Assembly (NCBI GenBank): GCA_030324005.1
Contig: JARDVH010000025.1
Coordinates: 54,132,702-54,196,701, forward strand
From: Negaprion brevirostris
Taxonomy: Eukaryota
DNA: 64,000 nucleotides
Direction: 5' to 3'
Every line of letters starts with the position of its first letter. Within the stretch, counting starts at the first letter, position 1. Positions 1 through 11,477 of this stretch are shown here, one piece after another. Both the position numbers and the translations under genes were made by a program. The notes under the pieces are model-generated. The model did no database searches. It was not told where the DNA came from and saw only the letters and a program-made list of their open reading frames with translations.

Positions 1-90
1 TGGGACCTCACCTGTGTCCAGTGAAGAGACAAAGATTTCTGTTAGAGGCCCAGCAATTTCATCTCTTGTCTCCCTGACCAGTCTAGGATA
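1..90 (-). mobile_element. CR1-type LINE ORF2 fragment
   Basis: Minus strand translates YPRLVRETRDEIAGPLTEIFVSSLDTGEVP, a typical CR1 pre-RT segment. Confidence 0.8.
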
Positions 91-91
91 G

Positions 92-287
92 TCTCGGTCT
101 CGAGTCACTGCCTGTGTGGAGTTTGCATGTTCTCCCTGTGTCTGTGTGGGTTTCCTCCCAGGTGCTCTGGATTCCTCCCTCAATCCAAAGGTGTATGGTT
201 TAGGTTGATCGGCAGTGCTAAATTGGCCCTTAATATCAGTGGGATTAGCAGGGGTTACGGGGATAGGGCCTGGATGAGATTGTTGTC
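92..287 (+). mobile_element. HE1-like V-SINE, 5'-truncated
   Basis: V-domain core (tgtgtggagtttgcatgttctcc...gggtttcctcc...gctaaattg) shared with many copies in the window. Confidence 0.85.
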
Positions 288-1056
288 AGGAGTGCCAGGC
301 TGGCCAGGCTCCAAAAAGAACTCTGTGACACCCATATGAAAATCAAAGTCACATCTGCAGGCACTGTTTTCCAAATTTAGTTTTGGAACATAATTAGCGC
401 ATGCAAAAGCTCCTTCCCAAAGGAATGCCAGTGTGATTTTCATGCAGCATACACTAGCTGGTCACACCCACCAAGTTGCCAGTAACTACATCTGCGAGGC
501 CTAGTACGCCTACCTGGTAATGGCCATGGGGAATTGTTTTTGAATAGAAACAGAGAGGCAGACGCAGAACTGGGCAAGCTACTACAAGGATTACTGCTGC
601 TACTGGTGCAGCTGAGGGCTGGCACATGCAGTAACAGTATCAATTAATTGTGGCAGGGAATTTGGCTGCATTTTCTTGAAGGTATTCTGTAATGCTGACC
701 TATTTCCTTCTCAGAGAATTTATGGACTCCAGTTTAAGGGTGGTTTGTGGCAGAGAATTCCACTTTGCAGTAATCTCCTTTGTAAGCATATTTTGTCTAA
801 TCTCCCCATTAATTTCGTTTGCTTATAATACCAAATTGTTTTTGCTTCTGAGTAGTGAAAGTAATAGTGCTTCTCAGCAGACTTTTCATCGCTGGAGAAC
901 ATCTGTTCCAATTCAGAAAATCATAGATAGTTACAGCACAGAATAAGGCCTTCCAGNNNNNNNNNNNNNNNNNNNNNNNNNNNNNNNNNNNNNNNNNNNN
1001 NNNNNNNNNNNNNNNNNNNNNNNNNNNNNNNNNNNNNNNNNNNNNNNNNNNNNNNN

Positions 1057-1430
1057 AGTTACAGCACAGAATAAGGCCTTCCAGCCTATTGTGCCAGTGC
1101 TAACTCTCTGCAAAAGCAAATCAGCTTAGTTCCACACTCCAGAAATTTCCCTGGAAGCCTTCGATTTTTTTTTTTAAATCTCTGGGTGCTTATCCTTTAG
1201 AAAGTCAGGATTGAATCTGCCTCCGCCGCACTCTTTGACGGTGCATTCTGGATCCTAACCACTCACTAACGAAAAGTATCAACAGTTTTTCTTCATATCA
1301 CCATTGGTTCTTTGGTCATTCAGCTGTGTGTCTGCTCCTCCTCTTTCTCAACTCTTTCACCAATGGGAACAATTTCTCTCCATCTACTCTATTTAGGCTC
1401 TGCATGATTTTGAACTCCTCAATCAAAATG
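1057..1430 (-). mobile_element. Degenerate CR1 3' end
   Basis: Resembles the other minus-strand CR1 3' ends (7800-8520, 11625-12290). Confidence 0.55.
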
Positions 1431-1489
1431 TGAGGAGGGATATGTTAAACTTCAAGAGGGCTTAGATAGGCTGGTAAAATGGGCAAATA

Positions 1490-1810
1490 CATACCTGGCA
1501 CAGATGCTGCACAGTCTCCATACTAAGGCGCAGTCCTCAGAGGAACATGTTGCCCGACAGTTGAATGAGCAGGGCCTCCTGTACAGCAGTGACCTTTGCA
1601 AGAGCTGTCTTTGTACCTACTCCTCAACCTGATGGCTGGAGGCACTGGAGCCTCTGGCAGTTCCCTGATATTTGGGGTCTGGCTCCTGTGGTGCTGGAGC
1701 AGACGTGGGATAGCCTTGGCCCTGATGCCAATACCTATCTGCCTCAGCAGCCAACAACACCATGAAGGTCAGCTGGCCTGGCTGGAAGCCAAAATTCAGT
1801 ATTTCTCTGT
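1490..1810 (-). mobile_element. PIF/Harbinger transposase N-terminal remnant
   Basis: Minus strand reads ..LLYRRPCSFN..(frameshift)..LRLSMETVQHLCQV, resembling the HARBI1-like N-terminus. Confidence 0.6.
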
Positions 1811-1884
1811 AGGGAGAATGGAGAAGGGAAGAGAGAGAAAGAGAGGTAGAGAGACTAAAAGAAAGGGAGAGGCACACAGATAAG

Positions 1885-1985
1885 CACTTACGCCCTTTAG
1901 AGGCATCGTTACCTGGTCTGGCCTACATCTGACTCCAGAGCCACAGCAATGTGGTTGACTCTCAGCTGAACAAGGGCAACCAGGG
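1885..1985 (+). mobile_element. tRNA-derived SINE family B, 3' fragment
   Basis: ttacctggtctggcctaca...gtggttgactct matches the copies at 22517-22800 and 59225-59460. Confidence 0.7.
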
Positions 1986-2354
1986 NNNNNNNNNNNNNNN
2001 NNNNNNNNNNNNNNNNNNNNNNNNNNNNNNNNNNNNNNNNNNNNNNNNNNNNNNNNNNNNNNNNNNNNNNNNNNNNNNNNNNNNNNNNNNNNNNNNNNNN
2101 NNNNNNNNNNNNNNNNNNNNNNNNNNNNNNNNNNNNNNNNNNNNNNNNNNNNNNNNNNNNNNNNNNNNNNNNNNNNNNNNNNNNNNNNNNNNNNNNNNNN
2201 NNNNNNNNNNNNNNNNNNNNNNNNNNNNNNNNNNNNNNNNNNNNNNNNNNNNNNNNNNNNNNNNNNNNNNNNNNNNNNNNNNNNNNNNNNNNNNNNNNNN
2301 NNNNNNNNNNNNNNNNNNNNNNNNNNNNNNNNNNNNNNNNNNNNNNNNNNNNNN

Positions 2355-2415
2355 AAAGGTGCAGACAATGTGAGTGGAGATAGCATTAGCCATGGGTTAA
2401 AGAAATGTGTATTAA
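2355..2415 (-). mobile_element. Penelope-like element 3' region fragment
   Basis: Reverse complement matches 61700-61758, which follows a Penelope-like ORF end (GFMSHYL*). Confidence 0.7.
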
Positions 2416-2780
2416 CCCCAGACAGACCCCAGGAACCCTCTGTGTACCTTCCTCCAGTCCGGAAAACAACCATTCACCACAACTATCATTCAAGAAATTC
2501 CACATCCCTGTGGCCATTGTTATTTTTATTCCATCACCTTCAATGTCACTGGCAAACCTATCATGTGGCATTTTATCAGATGCCTTTTCAAAGTCAAAGT
2601 ACATCTCATCAAACACACTACCCTCCCAACTTACTGTTAGCTCATCAAAAGACTCAAATAAGTTAAAGCAGATTTGTCTGCAACAAATCTGCTCTGGCTT
2701 TCCTTAATTAATCCACAATTGCCAAAGAAAATCGTTCCCAAATCCTCCTCTGGAGGTCCCCAAGCATCACAAATGTCAGT
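2415..2780 (-). mobile_element. CR1 reverse transcriptase fragment (decayed)
   Basis: YFDFEKASDKMPHDR resembles YLDFxKAFDKVPHxR; ends in a degenerate GVPQGSVLG. Confidence 0.8.
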
Positions 2781-2944
2781 CTTCAGCCCATTTGATTCAC
2801 TCCGTAGGATACCAAAAAAATGACTGAAGACACTGAATACTGCAAAGGTGATGAGCCCTGCCAATATTCCAGCAATGGTACTGAAGACTTGTGCTCCAGA
2901 ACCTGCCATGTCCCGTGCCAAGTTGTTCCAGTACACTTATGAGT

Positions 2945-4050
2945 AGTGGCCAAATTTCTCTTGGACTCAATTTTCAAGTTTGCTGATGACACCAACATAG
3001 TGGGTTGAATCTCAAACAATGATGCGAGGAGTACAGGAAAGATAAGAATTCTGGTGAACTGGTGCAACTACAATAATCTCTCCCTCAACGTCAGTAAAAT
3101 GACTTCAGGAAACATAGTGGAGAAAATGCCCCGTATACATCAACGGGATGAAATGGAAATGGTTGAGAACTTCAAGTTTCTAGGTGTTCAGATCATCAAC
3201 AGCCTATTCTGGTTCCTCCACGCTGAAACCCTCATTGTTCTCCGGAGCGTTGAGCCTGGTGGCTGTGGCTGTGGTGAGTGCTTCATTTGGGGAGAGAACC
3301 GTTTTGTTTCTGTACTTCCGGTTCTCGGGGCTTGTTAGAGTGTAGTTTACTTCCGTCCCGGAAGTTAGGTGAGGGGATAGTCGGTAAGGGGGAGCGGGGG
3401 GTATAAATCGGATACTCACCCGGGGATCCACCTCATTGTTCTCCGGANNNNNNNNNNNNNNNNNNNNNNNNNNNNNNNNNNNNNNNNNNNNNNNNNNNNN
3501 NNNNNNNNNNNNNNNNNNNNNNNNNNNNNNNNNNNNNNNNNNNNNNNTTGCTGATAGCTCCTATCTATAACCTCCTCACTCTCCCGAATGAGCCGAAGGT
3601 CCTCGAGCTGCATTTGCAGCTCCTCAACCTGGTTCCGTAGAGTGAGAGGGGATCTCATAAATGAAGCTCTGTCCATCACACAAACCAGCCTCCCATCCAT
3701 TTACTGTCTATATTTCCTGCTGCCTCAGAAAAGCAGTCAGCATAATCAAGGATCCTGCACATACTCTCTTCTTCCATCTTCCACCTTCTTCCTTCGGGAA
3801 AAAGATACAGAAGTCTGAGGACACGTACCAACCAACTCGAACAGCTTCTTTGCTGCCATCAGACTCATGAATGGACCTATTTTGCACTAAGTTGATCTTT
3901 CTCTGCACCTTAGCTATGACTGTAACACTACATTCTGCACTCTCTCCTTTCCTTCTCTTTGTATGGTATGCTTTGTCTGTATAGCACGCAAGAAGCAATA
4001 CTTTTCACTGTATACCAATACACATGGCAACAATAAATCAAATCAAATCA
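2945..4050 (+). mobile_element. Rex1/Babar-type LINE 3' portion (interrupted 3230-3645)
   Basis: KFADDT, WCNYNNLSLNVSK and VENFKFLGV motifs; (AAATC)n tail at ~4032-4050. Confidence 0.85.
3548..3645 (-). mobile_element. CR1 ORF1 coiled-coil fragment
   Basis: LRNQVEELQMQLEDLRLIRESEEVIDRSYQQ resembles the CR1 ORF1 coiled coil. Confidence 0.7.
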
Positions 4051-4901
4051 ACCAAAAGTCTGTCCTGTAACAAGAAACAGGACAAATCCAATGCGTCCAA
4101 TTACTGTCCTATCAGTCTACTCTCTATCATCAACAAAGGGGTCATGATCAGTCCTATCAAGTGGCACTCACTCAACAATAACCTGCTTATTGATGCTCAG
4201 TTTGGGTTCCAGCAAGGCCACTCAGCTCATGATCTCATTACAGTCATGGTTCAAACATAGACAAAAGAGCTAAACACCAGAGGTGAGGTGAGAGCGACTG
4301 TCTTTGACATCAAGGCAGCATTTGACCAAGATTTGCATCAGGGAACCTAAGCAAAACTGGAGTAAATGGGAATCAGGGGGAAAACTCTCCGTTTGTTGAA
4401 GTCATACGTGACAGAAGAGAAAGATAGTTGTAGTGGTTGCAGATCAATTATCTGAGTTCCAGAATGTCACTGCAGGAGTTCCTCAGGGTAGTGCCCTAGG
4501 CCCAAACATCATCAGCTACTTCATTAATGACCATCCTTCCATCATAAAATCAGAATTGGGGATGGTTGTTGATGATTGCACAATGTTCAGCACCATTTGC
4601 GACTCCTCAGATGCTGAAGCAGTTCCTGTCCAATTGCAGCAAAAGATGGACAATATCCAGGCTTGAGCCAATAAGTGGCAAGAAATATTCACGTCACACA
4701 AGTGCCAGATAATAACCACCTCCAAATTTCAACCTAATGATCCAATCCTTGACATTCAATGGCATTATCATTGTTGAAATCCCAATATCAACATCCTGGG
4801 GGTTATCATTGACCAAAACCTGAACTGAACTACTGATATAAATACTGTGGTTGCCAGAGTTGACAAAGGCCAGGAATCTTACAGCAAGTAACTTACCTTC
4901 T

Positions 4902-5195
4902 CATAAAATCCCCACAGTGCAGAAGGAGACCATTCAGCCCATCAATTGACACAATTCCAACCAGCCTTAATCCCTATATCCTGCTAGTCTGCCTGGCACT
5001 ATGGGCAATTTAGCATAGCCAATCAACCTAATATGCATCTCTTTCGACTGTGGGAAGAAGCTGGAACACCCGGAGGAAGCTCATGCAGACACAGGGAGAA
5101 TGTGCAAACTCCACACAGACAGTGACCCAAGGCTAGAATTGAACCCAGGTGCCTGGTGCTGTGAGCCAACATACTAACCATTGTGCCATTGTGAT
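4902..5195 (-). mobile_element. HE1-like V-SINE, near full length, inserted in LINE B
   Basis: Reverse complement has a tRNA-like A box (tggcacaatggttag), B box (gggttcaattc), V-domain and CR1-like tail. Confidence 0.9.
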
Positions 5196-7410
5196 GCCCA
5201 TATCCCCCAAAGCCTGTCTGCCACAAGGCACAAGTCAGGAGTGTGATAGAGTACATTCCACTTGCCTGGCTGAGTGCAGCTCCAGCAAGACTCAAGAAGT
5301 TTGACACCATCCAGGACAAAGCACCACACTTGATTGTTCCCCCTTTCATAAACATTCAATCCCTCCACCATTGATGAATGGTGGCAGCAGTGTTTACCAT
5401 CTTACAAGAAACACTGCAGAAACTCTCCAAGTCTACTGGGGAAGTATCTTTCAAATTCCCAATCACTACCATCTAGAAGACAAGAGCAGCCGATACCTGA
5501 GAACACCATCACATGGGAGTTCCCCTCCAAGTCAGTCACCATCCTGACTTGGAAATATATCACCATTCTTTAATTGTTGCTGGGTCAAAATCCTGGAATT
5601 TCCTCCCTAATAGCACAGCAGATGCACCTACATTACATGGATAGCAACTGTTCAAGCTGGCAGTTCACTGTCACCTTCTGAAGACAACTAGGGATAAGCA
5701 ATAAATACTGGCTTAGCCAGCAATGCCCACATCCTGTTATTNNNNNNNNNNNNNNNNNNNNNNNNNNNNNNNNNNNNNNNNNNNNNNNNNNNNNNNNNNN
5801 NNNNNNNNNNNNNNNNNNNNNNNNNNNNNNNNNNNNNNNNNAGCCAGCAATGCCCACATCCTGTTATTTAGTAAAAGAAAAATGGACTGACCTGTATTTG
5901 CTGGGTTCACACCCCCCTTTTGAACAAAAGTGTAATCCTCACAATTCTCCAGTTCTTTGGCACTACCCCTGAATCTAAGGATGATTGGGAGATTATGGCC
6001 AGTTCTGATCCATCACTTTTTTTTCCCTTTGCTGTTACCTGTTAATCTCTTCTCATACTCTTGGATTCAGAGAGACTCTGTGCAGGGGTGAAACTGGCTG
6101 CCAAGATCCTTGACCCGGTTCCTTGTGTTGCAGGTTTTCAGCCAAGCATTTTAAAGATGAAGATTGGTTCGGATTGCAAGCCCACACTCATGATAAGGCT
6201 GGTGTGGCTCCATTGCAGGAAAAGACATGAACAACTGTTCCACAATTTTCATGGAATCAGGCCAGCTTTTCAAAGAGTCATGAGTCACGGCCCCCCTGAG
6301 GTCTTATGAACTATAGTTCACAAGAGGCAATCTTTTGAAAAGAAAGTTCAAAAGATTCTCATCTTGCCTGTATATCAAGGTATGCTTCCCCACTCACTTG
6401 CTACAACCCTGCATACTCTATTCTTCAATTCCCATACTTGTTAGAATTTGCCAATGGTAATAATTGGAGATTACCACATTTGCGGTCCTAGGCCATAAGA
6501 CGAAGGAGCAGAAGGCTATTCAGGCCGGTTCCACCATTCAACGAGATCCTGCTTACTAGTCCCCTTTGTGTTCTTGGGCCTCCCATTCTTCTTGCAATGT
6601 TCTCTGTTTCTATCCCTCTCACTCTCTCTCTCCATGTCTCTCTTTCTCCACCGCTCCTTTAATCACACATCACAGTGCTCCATTCTCCTTGTCCCACTGC
6701 CCCATTTATCACTGCTGCGTGCTCTTGAGCCTCCCACTGTTCTTGGAGTATTCTTTCTCGCTACTGCTCCTTTTATCACTACAGTGCTAATGGCCCTGTT
6801 CCTATTTCTGCTGTTTAACTAGCACTGCATAGCATTTTTTTGCAAGAGCCCGAGGTGGAATTCCAAGTTCCTTTGTTCCTCTATTGCCCTTTTCTTTAAC
6901 CACCTGTCCAACTTATTCCTAAATGTTGACATCACCTGCATTTCAATCATGAAATTTATTGTGTTATACTATATGTGCAGAAACTTTCTCAAGCTCTCAN
7001 NNNNNNNNNNNNNNNNNNNNNNNNNNNNNNNNNNNNNNNNNNNNNNNNNNNNNNNNNNNNNNNNNNNNNNNNNNNNNNNNNNNNNNNNNNNNNNNNNNNN
7101 NNNNNNNNNNNNNNNNNNNNNNNNNNNNNNNNNNNNNNNNNNNNNNNNNNNNNNNNNNNNNNNNNNNNNNNNNNNNNNNNNNNNNNNNNNNNNNNNNNNN
7201 NNNNNNNNNNNNNNNNNNNNNNNNNNNNNNNNNNNNNNNNNNNNNNNNNNNNNNNNNNNNNNNNNNNNNNNNNNNNNNNNNNNNNNNNNNNNNNNNNNNN
7301 NNNNNNNNNNNNNNNNNNNNNNNNNNNNNNNNNNNNNNNNNNNNNNNNNNNNNNNNNNNNNNNNNNNNNNNNNNNNNNNNNNNNNNNNNNNNNNNNNNNN
7401 NNNNNNNNNN

Positions 7411-7486
7411 CTGTTGGACTTTAACCTGGTGTTGTGAGACTTCTTACTCTGTTTACCCCAGTCCAACATCCGCATCTCCACATCAT
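7411..7486 (+). mobile_element. Penelope-like terminal repeat 3' end
   Basis: ctgttggactttaacctggtgttgtgagacttcttact...ccagtccaac..catctccacatca, recurrent in the window. Confidence 0.75.
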
Positions 7487-7666
7487 GCTTATTTTCCTCC
7501 TTGGTTTGGAATTCTGGAGCCACTCATAGCATCCTAACTCCACCCTTGATGAGGTCAACAAATGTAGTGTAAATTAAAGATCAGATCTGTGACCCACTTC
7601 ATATGCCTGGCTTCCTACTATGCTAGATGATGTTTTTTTGCACTAGGTCATGACTTTAGAGTCATA

Positions 7667-7793
7667 GGATGGGATTTTCTGGCCACACTCACCCAAAAGG
7701 CTGGAAATTCCCGCTCGAGATCAACAAACCTTTGTATGGCCTGCCCCTGACTGCTGTGATTCCCATGGCAGGTGGGATGGGAAAATTCCATCT
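7667..7793. mobile_element. Small MITE, probably Harbinger-type
   Basis: Imperfect TIRs GGATGGGATTTTC / GAAAATTCCATCT; 3-bp TSD ATA (7664-7666 and 7794-7796). Confidence 0.65.
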
Positions 7794-7799
7794 ATAGAG

Positions 7800-9105
7800 T
7801 CACTGAGTCATAGACTCATATGGTGCAGAAGAGGCCTTTTAGCTCATCGAGTCTGCACTTATAAAACTAAACTAAATCTATAATAATCCCACTTTCCTGC
7901 ACTTGGCCCATAGCCTTGAATGTTACGATATTTCAAGTGCTCATCCATGTACCTTTTAAAGGTTGTGAGGTTTCCTGCCTCAACTACTTACCCAGGCAAT
8001 GAATTCCAGACTCCCTCCACCCTCTGGCTGAAAACATTTTTCTTCAGATCCCCTCTAAACCTTCTGCTCCTCACCTCAAAATTATGCCCCTTGTTATTGA
8101 CCCTTCAACTAAGAGGTACAGCTGCTTCTTACACACTCTGTCTATACCCCTCATAATCTTATACACCTCAATCAGGTCCCCCTTCAGCCTTCTCTGCACT
8201 AAAGAAAACAACCCAAGCCTATCCCATAACTCAAATTCTCTACCCCAGGTTACATCCTGGTGAATATCCTTTGTACCTTGACCAGTGCAATCACGTCCTT
8301 CCTATGGTGAGATACCAGAACTACATACAGTACTCCAGCTGTGCCACAACCAAAGTTTTGTACAGCTCCAACATTACCTCCATGCTCATCAAGACAGGTA
8401 TCCATATTCCTTCTTAACTATCCTATTAACCTGTCCTGCCGCCTTCAGGGATGTGCCACTGGACATTGCTAATTTTAATTACACAAGCAGCCTTCTACCA
8501 CCATCCTCTGTTTCCTACCACTAATAAAAAGTCTCACAGTANNNNNNNNNNNNNNNNNNNNNNNNNNNNNNNNNNNNNNNNNNNNNNNNNNNNNNNNNNN
8601 NNNNNNNNNNNNNNNNNNNNNNNNNNNNNNNNNNNNNNNNNTAAAAAGTCTCACAGTACCACGTTAAAGTCCAACAAGTTGATAACCTGTTGTCCAGTTG
8701 CACATCCCTGAAGGCAGCAGGACAGGCTAATAGAGTAGTTAAGAAGGAATATGGGTGTCAACCTGTTGGACGTTAACCTGGTGTTGTGAGACTTCTTACT
8801 GTGTTTACCTCAGTCCAACGCTGGCATCTCCACATCATTCCTACCACTAAGCCATCTTTAGATCCATTTTACCAATTTACCCTGATCTCATGTGCTTTTA
8901 CCTTCTTTATCAGTATCCCATGTAGGACCATGTTAAAGTGAACTACATCAACTGTGCTACCTTCATCTACACATCCTGTCACCTTCTCAAAAAACTCAAT
9001 CAAATTCGTTGGGTATGACTTCCCTCTGATAAAGCCATGCTGACTATCCCTGATCAAATCTAGCCTCACCAAGTGGAGATTAATTTTTGCCTTCAGAATT
9101 GGCTT
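7800..9105 (-). mobile_element. CR1 LINE 3' end and RT pieces, interrupted by a Penelope insertion
   Basis: LIRDSQHGFIRGKSYPTNLIEFFEKVT motif; (gagtcata)-type tail near 7800. Confidence 0.8.
8525..8837. mobile_element. Penelope-like insertion with inverted termini and captured local DNA
   Basis: 13-bp TSD TTCCTACCACTAA at 8512-8524 and 8838-8850; terminal-repeat pieces in opposite orientations. Confidence 0.75.
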
Positions 9106-9495
9106 CAGGAGATCTAATAGAAACTTTTAAAATTCCAACAGGATTATACAAGCTAGATTCAGAAAGAATGTCCTCATTGGTGGGGGAGTCCAGGCTTAGG
9201 GGCCATACTTTGCGGATAAGGGTCCTTTTAGATCTGATGTGAGGAGAAATTTCTTTGCCCAGAGAGTGCTGAATCTCTGAAATTCATTACCACAGAAGGT
9301 AATTGATGCCAAAACATAGCGTGATTTCAAGAAAAAATCAGAAATAGCTCTTGGGGCGAAAGGGATCAAGCCATATGGAGGGAAGGAGGGATCAGGATAT
9401 TGAATTTATTGATCAGCCATGATCATAATGATGATGAAACAGGTTTAAAGGGCTGAATGGCCTTCTTCAGCTTCTATTTTCTATGTATCTTTCTA
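9105..9495 (+). mobile_element. CR1 3' end
   Basis: gaggagaaatttcttt..cagagagtg..gaatct; gatcagccatgatc; gggctgaatggcct tail. Confidence 0.85.
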
Positions 9496-9499
9496 TGAA

Positions 9500-9870
9500 G
9501 ACAGATCTGCAATATTAATTCAATGCTCTATGAATGTTCTCTGGCTCCATGCACAGATTGTCTCCTTGCTCCCTCATGGGTCTTACTATTTCCCTGGGAA
9601 TCCTCTTCTCCTTAATATACTGACAGACTATCTTGAGATTCTCTCTCATCTTATCTGCAGTGTTTTTTCATGTCCACTCTTTGCTCTCCTAATTGCTTCT
9701 TTAAGTTTACCTGCTCTTTCTGTACTCCACAGGCCTCCGCTGATTTCTTCCCTTTGTACCTGCTAAAAGCCACTCTTTTATTTCTTATTGAGTCCTGAAT
9801 ATTCCTAGACATCCAGTGTTCTCTGTGCTTGTTGCTCCTACATTTCACCCTACAGGGAACATTTTCTTTA
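9500..9870 (-). mobile_element. CR1 ORF2 linker fragment
   Basis: EHWMSRNIQDSIRNKR-type segment on the minus strand. Confidence 0.6.
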
Positions 9871-11477
9871 AGTGATGTAATATTTAGCATTATTAATTGC
9901 AAATGAGCCAGCATTCTGCACTACACAGACAAATTTCACCATGGCAAATGTATTATTTATTTCCAAAGCTAATTTAAAAAAAACTTCCTGAATGCTCAAA
10001 TATATTAATAACATTTTACTTTGACAAAGCAGTCATTTGAGAATGCATTTGAAAATACATCAAATGAATTTGTGTCAATCTATTACACAAAGCTCATTTC
10101 CTCAGTAATATTTGCATCTTCTGTTGACAACTATTAATTTATCAAATTCTATTTCATGAATAAGAAAGGAATTGTATTTTGTTGACTATAGCTGCTAAAC
10201 TAATGACAGCTATGCAGTATGCAAAGCAGAAATATTTTTATAGTTTTTTTAATTATGGAGTTCAAACTTCCTTTTACATATTGAAGCAAATTGTATATCT
10301 TAAATCTTCGTAAACTGCATACATAGACAAAAGTTTCTTTTCGTGTGCTTTGTCTTGGCATTCACCATCAATCACAAAAAAGAATCAACAAAATAGGAAC
10401 TGAATAACAAGCTAAAGGACAGATAGTGCTTTGAGAATTGTTGATCTGTACCCTTCAAAGCCTTGCTATTGACTTTTAAGATTATTGCTCAGGGTGGAGG
10501 CAAAGTTTGAGCTAATCATTTGTTTCAGTCATAACAATTTATTGTTACAATATGTGTAATTCAGGGTTGATGAGAAATCCTCTTAACACCAGCAATAGCC
10601 CTGAGAAAATATGGACTAGATTGGCCCTTGAGTGGCCTTGGTCTGTGGCTGGGAAGATTGAAGTTATGGTGAGATGCTGGGGTGATTTTGCATTTGGGGA
10701 GTCATTAAAATTCAACATCTTCAAGTTCTTCTCTGATCCAGACAACGTCCTGAATAAGACAGTTTATAGCATTGCTTCATCATTATGAGTAAAATTCCTA
10801 CTCTTCTCTACCCCACACATTTTGTAGTCATACCTTCACCATGTAAACTGCAAAAGTTCAAGACCCATCATTAACTTTTCAGCCTTGCCAGTGTCTCACA
10901 TATCTGAAGAACAATTTTATTTTAAAAGCAGACCAGCAACATGCATCTAAAAAAAATTATGAATTATTTTAAAATGACAAACCTTTGTCTAACAGCACAC
11001 ATTTACTTTAACTATGAGGCCAAAACAATTGCTTGCCCTCACCAGAAGAAAAATTTTGTCTGAAACTGATTAAGGAATAAGGCAACAAACCAACAATGGC
11101 ACTTATTGCTTTAGATGACAGTCTTTGTTTATAGTTTTGTTGGTCTATAGGAAATGAAAAGTGTGCTTCTGCTTTCTAATATCACTTGAGGTTTGTCAGT
11201 GTTGGTTCTGCAATGATAACTTTGGCCTTTTGGTACCACAAGTGCCCTCAAGTTTGTTTATTTTTCTCAATGAATGTGTATGTGTTTTAATAACTGAAGT
11301 AAAAATTACTTACTTATGTTCTGATCCCATAAAGACCAATAAACTAAATGAACTGAACTTCCCAAATGACCATAACAGAAGATAAATACAAACAAATGAA
11401 TTAGGAGCAGGTGTGGACCACTTGGCCTCTTGAGCCAGCTCCATCATTCAATAAAATCATGGCTTATCTGATTGTAA

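Larger units (their letters stand above)
2783..5741 (+). mobile_element. CR1/L2-group LINE family B, ORF2 through 3' tail, interrupted by nested insertions
   Basis: NIPAMVLKTCAPE (2860-2900), KKQDKSNASNYCPISLLS, DAQFGF, AGVPQGSALGP and DDCT motifs; 3' tail gggataagcaataaatactggc. Confidence 0.85.

Noticed and set aside
929-1085. Direct repeats on both sides of 100-N gaps (also 5714-5868 and 8525-8658)
   Set aside because: Identical sequence flanking fixed-size gaps is typical of unmerged contig overlaps, not biological duplication
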